This document shows, one piece after another, positions 50,058-61,464 of a DNA stretch of 64,000 nt. A model generated the notes under the pieces. The model searched no databases and was not told the origin of the DNA. It worked only from the letters and a program-made list of their open reading frames with translations. The stretch covers positions 59,403,479 through 59,467,478 of the forward strand of contig NC_083424.1 in the NCBI RefSeq assembly GCF_020745735.1, written 5' to 3'. The stretch is from Hemiscyllium ocellatum (Eukaryota). How positions within the stretch are numbered: position 1 is the first letter of the stretch; every line of letters starts with the position of its first letter. The translations under genes and the position numbers were made by a program.

Positions 50058-51495
50058 CTGCCAAAAGACTGGAGGTTGGCTAACGTGGTGCCACAATTTA
50101 AGAAAGATGATAAGGAAAAGCCAGGGAACTATAGACCAGTGAGCCTGACATCTGTGGTGGGCAAGTTGTTGGAGGGAATCCTGAGGGACAAGGTATATGG
50201 AATTTATGTATTTGTAAGGACTGATTGGGGATAGTCATCACGGCTTTGTGCACGGGGAATTGTGTATCGCTAACTTGATTAAGTTTTTTTGTAGAAGTAA
50301 CAAAGAGGATTGATGAGGGCAGAGCGGTGGACGTAATCTATATGAACTTCAGTAAGGCATTCAACAAGGTTCCCCATGGGAGACTGATTAGCAAGGTTAG
50401 ATCTCATGGAATACATTGGATACAGAACTGGCTCAAAGGGAGAACACAAAGTGTGGTGGTGGAGGGCTGTTTTTCAGACTGGAGGCCTGTGACCAGTGGC
50501 GTGTCATAAGATCGGTGCTGGGTCCTCTACTTTTTGTCATTTATACAAATGATTTGGATGCGAGCATAAGAGGTACAGTTAGTAAGTTTTCAGATGACAC
50601 CAAAATTGGAGGTGTAGTGGACAGCAAAGAAGGTTACCTCAGATTACAACAGGATCTGGATCAGATGGACCAATGGGCTGAGGAGTGGCAAATGGAGTTT
50701 AATTTAGATAAATGTGAGGTGCTGCATTTTGGGAAAGCAAATCTTAGCAGGACATATACACTTAATGGTAAGGTCCTGGGGAGTGTTGCTGAACAAAGGG
50801 ACCTTGGAGTGCAGGTTCATAGTTCCTTGAAAGTAAAGTCGCAGGGAGATAGGATAGTGAAGAAGGAGTATGGTATGCTTTCCTTTATTGGTCAGAGTAT
50901 TGAGTACAGGAGTTGGGAGATCATGTTGCAGCTGTACAGGACATTGGTTAGGTCACTTTTGGAACGTTGGTCTCCTTCCTCTCGGAAGACTGTTGTGAAA
51001 CTTGAAAGGGTTTAGAAAAGATTTACAAGGATGTTGCCAGGGTTGGAGGATTTGAGCTACAGGGAGAGGCTGAACAGGGTGGGGCTGTTTTCCCTGGAGC
51101 GTCGGAGGCTGAGGGGTGACCTTATAGGGGTTTATAAAATCATGAGGGGCATGGATAGGATAAATAAAGGAAGTCTTTTCTCTGGGGGGGGAGAGTCCAG
51201 AACTAGAGGGCATAGGTTTAGGGGTGAGAGGGGAAAGAGTAAAAGAGACCTAAGGGGCAATATTTTCACACAGAGAGTGGTACGTGTATGGAATGAGCTG
51301 CCAGAGGATGTGGTGGAGGCTGGTACAATTACAACATTCAAGAGGCATCTGGATGGGTGTATGAATAGGAAGGGTTTGGAGGGATACGGGCCGGGTGCTA
51401 GCAAATGGAACTACATTCGGTTAGGATATCTGCTTGGCATGGATCAGTTGGACCGAAGGGTCTGTTTCTGTGCTGTACATCTTTAATGAGTCTAC
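50058..51495 (+). mobile_element. CR1 (HER1-like) RT/3' fragment nested in an older CR1 (49690-51675)
   Basis: DWRLANVVP.FKK..KEKPGNYRPVSLTSVVGK; SVLGPLLFVIY.NDLD; KFSDDTKIGG; CR1 3' end. Confidence 0.93.
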
Positions 51496-52679
51496 TTCTC
51501 TCGAAGGCTGGTGAATCTGTGGGATGTGGAGGATGCTGGGACATTGAGTAAATCTAAAGAGGAAACAGATTTTGGGTTGTGGAGTGTAGGCAGCAATGTG
51601 GAGTTGAGACTGAGATGAGATCAGCTATGATTGTATCAAGCTTGAGGGGCTGAATGGCCTCCTCTTTGTTCTTATGTATTGTCTCTGCCGTGTCCTTATT
51701 CCTCATGATCTTCCCACCAGGGTCAGCTTTGGAGAAAGGAATGTTTAACTCAGCTGTTTTCTATTTGTATAATTGTTTTTAAAAACTCTTCTGATCTCTT
51801 TTAAAATTTCAGATAAGTTTTTTCTCAATATATCTTCCCCACTCCCAATGGTTTCTAAACCATTCTCAATCCTTGGGCTTTCCACTATTTATTACAACAT
51901 TTTCAACCTCTTTTCTGAACTGAATACTATCCTTAACTGAGTTTGTAAACCACAGATAGATCTTTCTGGCAGATGTTTTGTTTATGAATGAATGTATTTC
52001 TGTTGAACATATTGAAATGATTCCCATTGTTTATTACCGCCATACCAATTTAATCATTGAATGTAATCACCCACAAAAACCTCTTATAAAAGGCACTTCT
52101 GTTTGACTTTCCTGAAACAAATCCAGACTCTCTGACCAACAGTCAACCTGAAGAAGGACTTAAACTGGGCAGGGTCCTTGTACATAGGTTTATAAGATCC
52201 CTCCCCTCCAGTCTGCACTTAGCCTGGAACTCAGGTAAATTAACTATTCACAATGCATTTAGTTTGACCTTGTGTGGATTGATGAGTCGGTTTTGAGGTT
52301 CACTCAAACAGTGCAAAAGTTGGAAAGTCCATGTATGAGAGGATTCTCTGTGTCTGTCCCCACATAACTAAACATGACCTTCCTTACTGCGTAAGCCCTC
52401 ATCACCAAAACATTCATCCAACATCCACAGCCAGCCATCAATACACAGACTGACACAGTCCCAAACTAACCTCAATATCCAGATCAGAACACGTCTCCAG
52501 GCAAAATGTATGTGCCAGGGCCTCAAAAACTGACAAGGATTGATAAATTATAAGCAGATGACCTCTCTAAACTACTTCTGTACTGGGTTTATAGTGTTTG
52601 GGACATAGCACAGTCTATTTAAACTTTCGAAAGTCCTTTGACTTATTTGCCAGGTTCCTGTGAATAACAGAGGGCTCGG

Positions 52680-55288
52680 AGTCCTGCTGTGCGCCCCCCC
52701 GGGACTGGGATCTTGCTGTGCGCCCCCCCCGGGACTGGGATCTTGCTGTGCGGGCCCCCCCGGGGCTGGGGACTGGGATCTTGCTGTGCGGCCCCCCGGG
52801 GCTGGGATCTTGCTGTGCGGCCCCCGGGGCTGGGGGCTGGGTTCTTGCTGTGCGGCCCCGGGACTGGGATCTTGCTGTGCGGCCCCCCCCGGGGCTGGGA
52901 TCTTGCTGTGCGGCCCCGGGCTGGGTCTGGGATCTTGCTGTGCGGCCCCCGGGACTGGGATCTTGCTGTGCGGCCCCCGGGACTGGGGTCTGGGATCTTG
53001 CTGTGCGGCCCCGGGCTGGGTCTGGGATCTTGCTGTGCGGCCCCGGGCTGGGTCTGGGATCTTGCTGTGCGGCCCCCGGGACTGGGGTCTGGGATCTTGC
53101 TGTGCGGCCCCGGGACTGGGATCTGGGATCTTGCTGTGCGGCCCGGGCTGGGTCTGGGATCTTGCTGTGCGGCCCCCGGGACTGGGGTCTGGGATCTTGC
53201 TGTGCGGCCCCGGGACTGGGATCTTGCTGTGCGGCCCGGGCTGGGTCTGGGATCTTGCTGTGCGGCCCCGGGACTGGGATCTTGCTGTGCGCCCCCCGGG
53301 ACTGGGATCTTGCTGTGCGCCCCCGGGACTGGGGTCTGGGATCTTGCTGTGCGGCCCCAGGGCTGGGGGCTGGGATCTTGCTGTGCGGCCCCGGGTCTGG
53401 GATCTTGCTGTGCGGCCCCACGGGACTGGGATCTTGCTGTGCGCCCCCCGGGTCTGGGATCTTGCTGTGCGGCCCCCCGGGACTGGGGTCTGGGATCTTG
53501 CTGTGCCCCCCGCCGGGGGCTGGGTCTGGGATCTTGCTGTGCGGCCCCCGGGTCTGGGATCTTGCTGTGCGCCCCCCCCCCCCCGGGCTGGGATCTTGCT
53601 GTGCGCCCCCCCCCGGTCTGGGATCTTGCTGTGCCCCCCCGGGGCTGGGGCTGGGATCTTGCTGTGCGGCCCCCGGGGCTGGGGGCTGGGATCTTGCTGT
53701 GCCCCCCCCCCCGGTCTGGGATCTTGCTGTGCCCCCCCCCGGGCTGGGATCTTGCTGTGCGCCCCCCCCCCGGGGCTGGGATCTTGCTGTGCGCCCCCCC
53801 CCCCCCCGGGGCTGGGATCTTGCTGTGCGGCCCCCGGGTCTGGGATCTTGCTGTGCGCCCCCCGGGGCTGGGATCTTGCTGTGCCCCCCCGGGCTGGGAT
53901 CTTGCTGTGCGGCCCCCGGGGCTGGGGGCTGGGATCTTGCTGTGTCCCCCCCCCGGGTCTGGGATCTTGCTGTGCGGCCCCGGGCTGGGGCTGGGAGCTT
54001 GCTGTGCGCCCCCCGGGCTGGGGCTGGGATCTTGCTGTGCCCCCCCCCGGGTCTGGGATCTTGCTGTGCGCCCCCCAAGACTGGGATCTTGCTGTGCCCC
54101 CCCCCCCCCCCCGGGCTGGGATCTTGCTGTGCGGCCCCGGGCTGGGGCTGGGATCTTGCTGCGCGGCCCCCGGGGCTGGGGTCTGGGATCTTGCTGTGCG
54201 GCCCCCGGGTCTGGGATCTTGCTGTGCACCCCCCCCGGGCTGGGATCTTGCTGCGCGGCCCCCGGGGCTGGGGTCTGGGATCTTGCTGTGCGGCCCCCGG
54301 GTCTGGGATCTTGCTGTGCCCCCCCCCCCCCGGGCTGGGATCTTGCTGCGCGGCCCCCGGGACTGGGATCTTGCTGTGCGGCCCCCGGGTCTGGGATCTT
54401 GCTGTGCGCCCCCCCCCCCCCCGGGCTGGGATCTTGCTGTGCGCCCCCCCCCCGGTCTGGGATCGTGCTGTGCCCCCCCCGGGGCTGGGGCTGGGATCTT
54501 GCTGTGCGGCCCCCGGGGCTGGGATCTTGCTGTGCCCCCCCGGGTCTGGGATCTTGCTGTGCGGCCCACCGGGGCTGGGATCTTGCTGTGCGGCCCCCGG
54601 GGCTGGGGTCTGGGATCTTGCTGTGCGGCCCCCCGGGGGCTGGGATCTTGTTGTGCGGCCCCCCGGGGCTGGGGGCTGGGATCTTGCTGTGCCCCCCCGG
54701 GGCTGGGATCTTGCTGTGCGCCCCCCCCCGGGGCTGGGATCTTGCTGTGCCCCCCCGGGTCTGGGATCTTGCTGTGCGGCCCCCCGGGGCTGGGATCTTG
54801 CTGTGCGGCCCCCGGGGCTGGGGTCTGGGATCTTGCTGTGCGGCCCCCCGGGGGCTGGGATCTTGTTGTGCGGCCCCCCGGGGCTGGGGGCTGGGATCTT
54901 GCTGTGCCCCCCCGGGGCTGGGATCTTGCTGTGCGCCCCCCCCGGGGCTGGGATCTTGCTGTGCCCCCCCCGGTCTGGGATCTTGCTGTGCGCCCCCCCC
55001 CCCCGGGGCTGGGATCTTGCTGTGCGGCCCCCCGGGGGCTGGGATCTTGCTGTGCGGCCCCCCGGGGCTGGGGGCTGGGATCTTGCTGTGCGGCCCCCGG
55101 GGCTGGGGTCTGGGATCTTGCTGTGCGGCCCCCCGGGGGCTGGGATCTTGTTGTGCGGCCCCCCGGGGCTGGGATCTTGCTGTGCGCCCCCCCCCCGGGG
55201 CTGGGATCTTGCTGTGCCCCCCCGGGGCTGGGATCTTGCTGTGCGCCCCCCCCGGGGCTGGGATCTTGCTGTGCGGCCCCCCCCGGGC
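52680..55288. repeat. GC/CpG-rich minisatellite, about 84 units averaging about 31 bp
   Basis: Near-invariant core CTGGGATCTTGCTGTGC followed by variable GG/C-run/G-run spacers. Units counted by eye. Confidence 0.97.
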
Positions 55289-55297
55289 GGTCCTTAC

Positions 55298-55467
55298 CTG
55301 CCGATATCGGAGCATGTCTGTGAGTCCGCCGCCACAGCAGCGTGTGGGTACAGGCTGTGGCCGGAGCACCGGGGTCTCCACACCAACAGCAGGGTGACAA
55401 TGGTCACCACCGCCGCCACAACCAGCAGCACAAGGCAGCAGCAGCAGCAGCTCCTCCGGGTCTTCAT
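55298..55467 (-). CDS. GGT5: Gamma-glutamyltransferase 5-like, coding exon 1 (cytoplasmic tail + signal anchor)
   Basis: Translates MKTRRSCCCCCLVLLVVAAVVTIVTLLLVWRPRCSGHSLYPHAAVAADSQTCSDIG(R): type II membrane anchor plus the GGT motif HAAVAADSxxCSDIGR. 170 nt, donor CAG|GTAAGG, phase 2 matches exon 2. Not in the ORF track. Confidence 0.93.
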
Positions 55468-55800
55468 GCTCCCTCTCTCCCCGATACTCTCTCCCTCTGC
55501 TGCAGACTCACGCCGCTGAACCTCCAGTCAGAGGCTGCCTGCTCTCTCCGGCTCCTGCTCTCTCCAGTCTCTCCTTCCCACTCAGCCTCTCCCCTGCAGA
55601 CTTCCCTCAGCCTCTCGGGGAGTTCTCTCTCCAACTCCTCCTGTCTCTCTGGCCCCTATATTCCTCGTATCCAGTGGGTGGGGGTTCTTCCTTCCGTATC
55701 TGTTCCTGGTGCGATCCGCATTTCTTGCAAGTCTGTAATTGCTCCACAGTTGCTAATACTGAACCGACTGTGCTCACAATCCAATCACAGTGCTGCTCAC
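55468..55800 (-). promoter_or_regulatory. Putative GGT5 5'UTR / proximal promoter
   Basis: Unique GC-rich sequence upstream of the ATG. TATA-like AATATAGG on the minus strand near 55655-55662 and CCAAT at 55781. TSS cannot be determined from sequence. Confidence 0.35.
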
Positions 55801-57004
55801 AGCCACTACTTTTACCGCACTGAGGAGGGTGCCGGGGCATCAGAGGGGTTTCCAGTCTGTCGCCTCATTAACGTTGACTCAAAATCAAAGCATGTCTCCT
55901 TCGAATTAATTGCATTCTCCCTCCCTCTCCTGTATTAACAGACAGGGGACACTGCTCCCTGCATCCTAACTCGCTCAGAGTCCTGATACCACCTTCAGAC
56001 ATATGAACAGAAATTAGGCCATTCAGCCCATCCAGTCTGCACCACCATTCGATCACGGCTGATACGTTTCTCAATTGTCTGGCTTTCTCCCTGTAACCCA
56101 TGACCCCCTTGATACTCAAGAAGCTATCTATCTCAATCTTAAATACACTCAAAGCCTCCACAGCCTTCAGTGGGGATAAGTTCCATAGATTCACCATTCT
56201 CTGGCTGAAGACGTTTCTCCTTATCTTTGTTATAAAAGGTCTCGTCTTTACTCTGAGGCTGTATTCCTGAGTTCTCATCTCTCCTGCTAATGGAAACATC
56301 TTCCCCACACCTACTCTGCTGGTCACCATCACCACTGGGCACACTGACCCACAGTGCGTCCTGAACTCCAGAACACCTGGCTGCAATGTTTCCTCTCTCC
56401 ACTTCTTTTATTCTTTGACAAAGTGGGGTGCCATCAATGAGACCAGATTTTTTGCCCATCTGCAATGACCCTGGAGAAGAAGACGGTGAAGAGCTGCCCT
56501 CATAGCAACAGGCAAAATTAGTGATAATTTTTAACAAAATTAACTGGCATACACAAAATAAAAATCCATCACCTGAAACATGTTGCCTTCTGGCATGTGA
56601 GGTGACAGCAAATACATTTTTAGGGAATATTTTAACCAGGAAGTAACAGTACTTTTAATCTGTGCATCAGTCATCAATGTAATGACTGATGCACAGTGTT
56701 CATTGCAGTAGTAACCGCTCTATTTGTTCCCATCATAGTAGCACCTCGTCAAATTTGACTTTCAGTGAGAGATACCCCATTCAGTTTCAAGGATTTCAAA
56801 AGTTCAAGTCCACCTGTCTCTCAGTTAGTATTCCACTGTTGACTGATTTAAAACTGTTCTCCCCCATTTACCATCAAAAATTGTGGTGCTGGAAAAGCAC
56901 AGCAGGTCAGACAGTATCCGAGGAGCAGGAGCATCGATGTTTCGGGCATAAGCCCTTCATCAGGAATGTGCAGGGGAGGGGGCTGAGAGATTAATGGGGG
57001 GGTT

Positions 57005-57790
57005 GTACGAGGCAGGTAAATTGCTGAGAGTCTCGCACTCCTCAGGGATACGATCGCCTACGTGCAGGACAGAGGGTTGGACACCTGCCTGATCAGCCTG
57101 GACCAGGAGAAAGCCTTTGACAGGATATCACACAGGGATATAAGTGATGTTCTCTCCAAAATGGGCTTTGGGGAGGGAATCTGCAATTGGATCAGACTGC
57201 TCTACACCAACATTGTCAGTGCAGTCTCAATCAATGGGTGGGAATCAGATAGCTTCCCAGTCAGATCTGGAGTCAGGCAGGGCTGCCCTCTCTCTCCTGC
57301 CTTGTTTGTGTGCTGCATAGAGCCATTTGCTGCGTCTATCAGGAAGGATGCGAGCCTGAGAGGGGTGACTATTCCTGGCAGTGGGGGCCTGCAGGTTCAG
57401 GCCTCCCTGTACATGGGTGACATTGCCATTTTCTGCTCGGATCCGCTGTCCGTGCGCAGACTCATGTGCATTTGTGACCAGTTCGAACGGGCCTCGGGGG
57501 CCAAGGTAAACCGAGGCAAGAGCGAGGCCATGCTCTTCGGGAACTGGGCTGATCAATCCTCGATCCCCTTCACTGTCAGGACTGACCACCTGAAGGTGCT
57601 GGGTATTTGGGTCCTGAATCATGGTCCTGAAGGAGGGCTCATGCCCGAAACGTCCATTCTCCTGCTCCTTGGATGCTGGCTGACCTACTGCGCTTTTCCA
57701 GCAACACATTTTCAGCATATGTATGACATGTCCAACTGTACAGACCATCAAATTATATAATGAATAAAGTATATTTTTGAAATAAAAAAA
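57005..57790 (+). mobile_element. Tx1/L1-clade non-LTR retrotransposon, 5'-truncated and internally deleted
   Basis: RT segment SLDQEKAFDRISH..GVRQGCPLSPALF..LYMGDI (YxDD mutated). 3' end AATAAA..A-tail at 57763-57790. Flanked by a near-duplicated AATGGGGGG(G)TTG. Confidence 0.9.
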
Positions 57791-58342
57791 TGAATGGGGG
57801 GTTGGGAACGTGGGAGTGAGGTGGGGATATGGTTTGAGGGGAGGGTAGCTGGGAAGGCGATAGGTAGATGCAGGTGGTGGTGATAGTGATAGGTTTGGTG
57901 GAGGGTGGAGTGGATAGGTGGGAAGGAAGGTGAAGAGGTAGAACAGCTCAAGAGGGCGGTGCCGAGATGGAGGGTTCGATCTGGGGTGAGGTGGGGGGAG
58001 GGGAGATTTGGAAACTGGTGAAGTCGTCGTTGAAGCCGTGTGGTTGGAGGGTCCCAAGACAGAAGCTGAGGCGTTCTTCCTCCTGTCATCGGGTGGCTTG
58101 GATTTGGCAGTGGAGATCCCGGACATCCTTGTCTATGGGAGGGGGAGTTGAAGTGGTTGGCCACAGGGCAGTGGGGTTGTTCAGTGCATGTGCCCCAGAG
58201 ATGTTCTCTGAAATGTTCCGACGTAGAGCAGAACAAATCGAGAGCAAAGGACGCAGTAGATGAGGTGGGTGGATGTGCAGGTAAATCTCTGCTGAATGGG
58301 AAAAGATCCTTTGGGGCCTTAAATGGAAGTGAGTAGGTAGGT

Positions 58343-58995
58343 AGAACATAGAACATAGAACAGTACAGCACAGAACAGGCCCTTCAGCCCACAATGTTGT
58401 GCTGACCATTGATCTTCATGTAAGATAAACCTAAAGTATGAACCCTCAAATTTCTGTGACCATATGCATGTCCAGCAGTCTCTTAAATATCCCCAATGAC
58501 CTTGCTTCCACAACTGCTGCTGGCAACGCATTCCATGCTCCCACAACTCTCTGTGTAAAGAACCCGCCTCTGACATCCCCTCTATACTTTCCACCAAACA
58601 GCTTAAAACTATGACCCCTCGTGTTAACAATTTCTGCCCTGGGAAAAAGCCTCTGGCTATCAACTCTATCTACACCTCTCATTATCTTGTACACCTCAAT
58701 TAGGTCCCCTGTCTTCCTTCTTTTTTACAATGACAAACGTCCGAGCTCAGTCAACCTCTCTTATAAGATAAGCCCTCCAGTCCAGGCAGCATCCTGGTAA
58801 ACCTCCTCTAAACCCTCTGCAAAGCATCCACATCCTTCCTATAATAGGATGACCAGAACTGGACACAGTATTCCAAGTGTGGTCTAACCAAAGTTTTATA
58901 GACCTGCAACAAGATCTCACTGCTCTTAAACTCATTCCCCCTGTTAATGAAAGCCAAAACACCATATGCTTTCTTAACAACCCTGTCCACTTGGG
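58343..58995 (-). mobile_element. CR1 3' fragment inserted into a Penelope-like element
   Basis: YKTLVRPHLEYCVQFWS; (TTCTATG)n tail at 58343-58360. Confidence 0.9.
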
Positions 58996-61464
58996 TGGTG
59001 TGGGCCCAGATTTTACAATTCCTGTGGTGGCAGGGGAAAGTGCTGGGAGCGGAGGGTAGGTTGGTGGGTGGGTGTGGACCTAATGAAGGAGTCGTCGAAG
59101 GAATGGTCTCTGTGGAATGCAGGTAGGGGTGGGTAGGAAATATATCTCTGATGGTGGAGTCTTTGTAGGCGATGGAAATGATGAAGGATGATGTGCTGCA
59201 TCCAGAGGTTGGTGGAGTGGAAGGTGAGGAACAGAGGGGTTCTGTCCATGTTGCGGTTGAAGGGGTGGAGGTGCAGAAAGTGGCGGAGATGCACTGGAGG
59301 GCATTGTTGATCATGGGGGAGGGCATATTGCGGTCCTTGAAACACCTTGAGACCCTCCAACCACACAACATCAACATTGACTTCACAAATGTCCTAGTCT
59401 CTTCTTGCCCCAACTCATCCCAGATCCAACTCTCCAACTCAGCACTGCCCTCTCGACCTATTCATCTTCCTGCCCTCCAGGTATCTGCTCCATCCTTGCT
59501 GCTGACCTATCACCCTCCACTATCACCCACCCACCTGCATCTACCTATCGCCTTCCCAGCTCCCTTCCCCCCAGCCCTACCCCCACCCTCCTATTTATCT
59601 CTCAGCCTCATTTACACTGCCCACATTCCTGATGAAGGACTTATGCCTGAAATGTCGACTCTCCTGCTCCTCAGATGCTGCCTGACCTGCTGTGCTTTTT
59701 CCAGCACCACACATTTTGACTCTGACTCCCCAACATCTGCAGTCGTCACGTTCTCCCTCACTTACAGCGTGCTGCTGGTTCCCACCCTTGCCCTACCCCT
59801 GAGTAGCCCCGCCCATCACACAGCCTGAGCGCACTCTACTCTTTTTGCCTGTTTTTGCTATTCTGGGAACCTACAAGCAACAAACAAGGGGAGACACTGC
59901 CCTATGTCCATGACACTGTAGGTGGTACACTCAGTAGCTAGTGCACATAGAATCATCGAATCCTCCAGTGTAGAAACAGGCCATTTGGCCATTCAAGTTC
60001 ACACTGATGCTCTTAAGACCCTCCAAGCCCCTATCCCCATATACCTGTAACCTGCGTGGCTAATCCTCCTTATCTACACTTTTTTGAACACTATGGGCAA
60101 GTTAGCATGGCCAGTCCTAACCTGCTCATCTTTGGATTGTGAGACTTAATGCAGACATGGTCCAGGCTCAATGGACCATCCAGCCTCCTTCTGCACTGTA
60201 AGGATTTTATATTCTGCCATGGTGAGGTTTGAACCCAGAACATTATCTGGGTTTCTGAATTAACAGTCCAGCAATTGTTACCTCCCCCTAAATAGTACAT
60301 AGTGGATGGTGCATACAGTGGGCAAAACACACACAGTGCACACATGTTGTTCATACACACTCCTGCCATTCAGCATAGGGAGTGAGTAAATGTTAAACTT
60401 GTAATGAAGTGCTTATCAAACTCTCCTCTTCTGTAACATGTATATAGCATCTCTAATCTCAGTACATAATCTCAAGAGACCTCAACAGGAACATGATCAA
60501 ATAAACACTTAAACTGAGTGTGAGTGGATGGTATCAGGAGAGGTGACCAAACACATGATCGACATAGAGTCATACAGCATGGATACTGAACCTTCGGTGC
60601 CCACAGTTCATGACGAACATAATACCAAACTATGTTAGTCCCATATACCTCCAAACCTTTCCTATTCATGTACTTATCCAAATATCTTTTAAACATTGTA
60701 ACTCTACCCACATCCACCCCTTCCTCAGGAAGGTCATTCCACACGCAACCACCCTCTGGGTATAAAATATTGCCCCCATGTCTTATTTAAACCCCTCTCT
60801 CTCTCACACACACAGTACTTTTAAGGGAAGAGGGAATGTTTGGGAAGGTAATGGTATGCCTGTTGTTGCTGGTCCAAGGAAAGTGGAAATTATCAGGAGG
60901 CCAGCCAGATGGGATGCAGAAGAGTCTGAAGGCCATCAGCCTGGATGAGGTGGTTGGGATGGGGAGCAGCAAAACCATGGAGGGCCTGAACTGCAGGAGG
61001 AGAAATGTAAAGGTGGGATCCCATGACAATCAATAAGCCTGGTTGAATGCAACTACAGACTGACATAAAATGCAGAGTGGTTGATGTCATGCTTACAGAG
61101 TGAACTTCTGTCAATATTATCCCTTGCATCAATTTCTCTGAGTAAGTTCCTAGCTGAGTTCTGTACTTCTCTTCACACTCTCTGTGCTGTCCATTGTATC
61201 ACCAGTAGTTACCCCTTTGGCAGTGCCAGTCACCTGATCCTCCTCCCTCCAACATACTGTTCAAAGTCTCAAACTTCCTCACTCGCCTCTTCGCTCCTTG
61301 CACCCTACCTCTATCACAATTTCTAATGTTCCATCCCAGCTTTTATCTGAATCCAACATTGTCCTAGTCTTCCTTAAACTCCCTTTCATGTCGTTGAATT
61401 GTCCTGGTGTCCTGCCAGTTCTCATGACTTGCTTATATCACTGATCCCAATCTCTGTCTCTCTA

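Larger units (their letters stand above)
56881..59758. mobile_element. Larger Penelope-like element (GIY-YIG remnant on minus strand, inverted terminal arms) with nested Tx1, PLE and CR1
   Basis: EHFREHL..CPVANHFNSPSH motif at about 58130-58230 (-). Left arm 56881-57004 plus 57793 onward; right arm about 59350-59758. Confidence 0.8.

Noticed and set aside
52680-55288. CRISPR-like appearance (constant repeat with variable spacers)
   Set aside because: The spacers are short C/G homopolymer variants of each other, not unique sequences. The context is a vertebrate intron with no cas genes.
10870-55297. A nested host gene in intron 1, such as the LRRC75B-like gene found near GGT genes in mammals
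   Set aside because: No ORF or exon with recognisable non-TE protein similarity was found by eye. Small exons cannot be excluded.
52572-55519. ORFs of 487-942 aa covering both strands
   Set aside because: The repeat unit lacks stop codons, so all frames stay open. The products are low-complexity translations of the minisatellite, inside GGT5 intron 1.
57062-57760. 232-aa reverse transcriptase ORF as a functional or domesticated gene
   Set aside because: 5'-truncated, the catalytic YxDD reads YMGD, and the C-terminus runs into an unrelated PLE arm.
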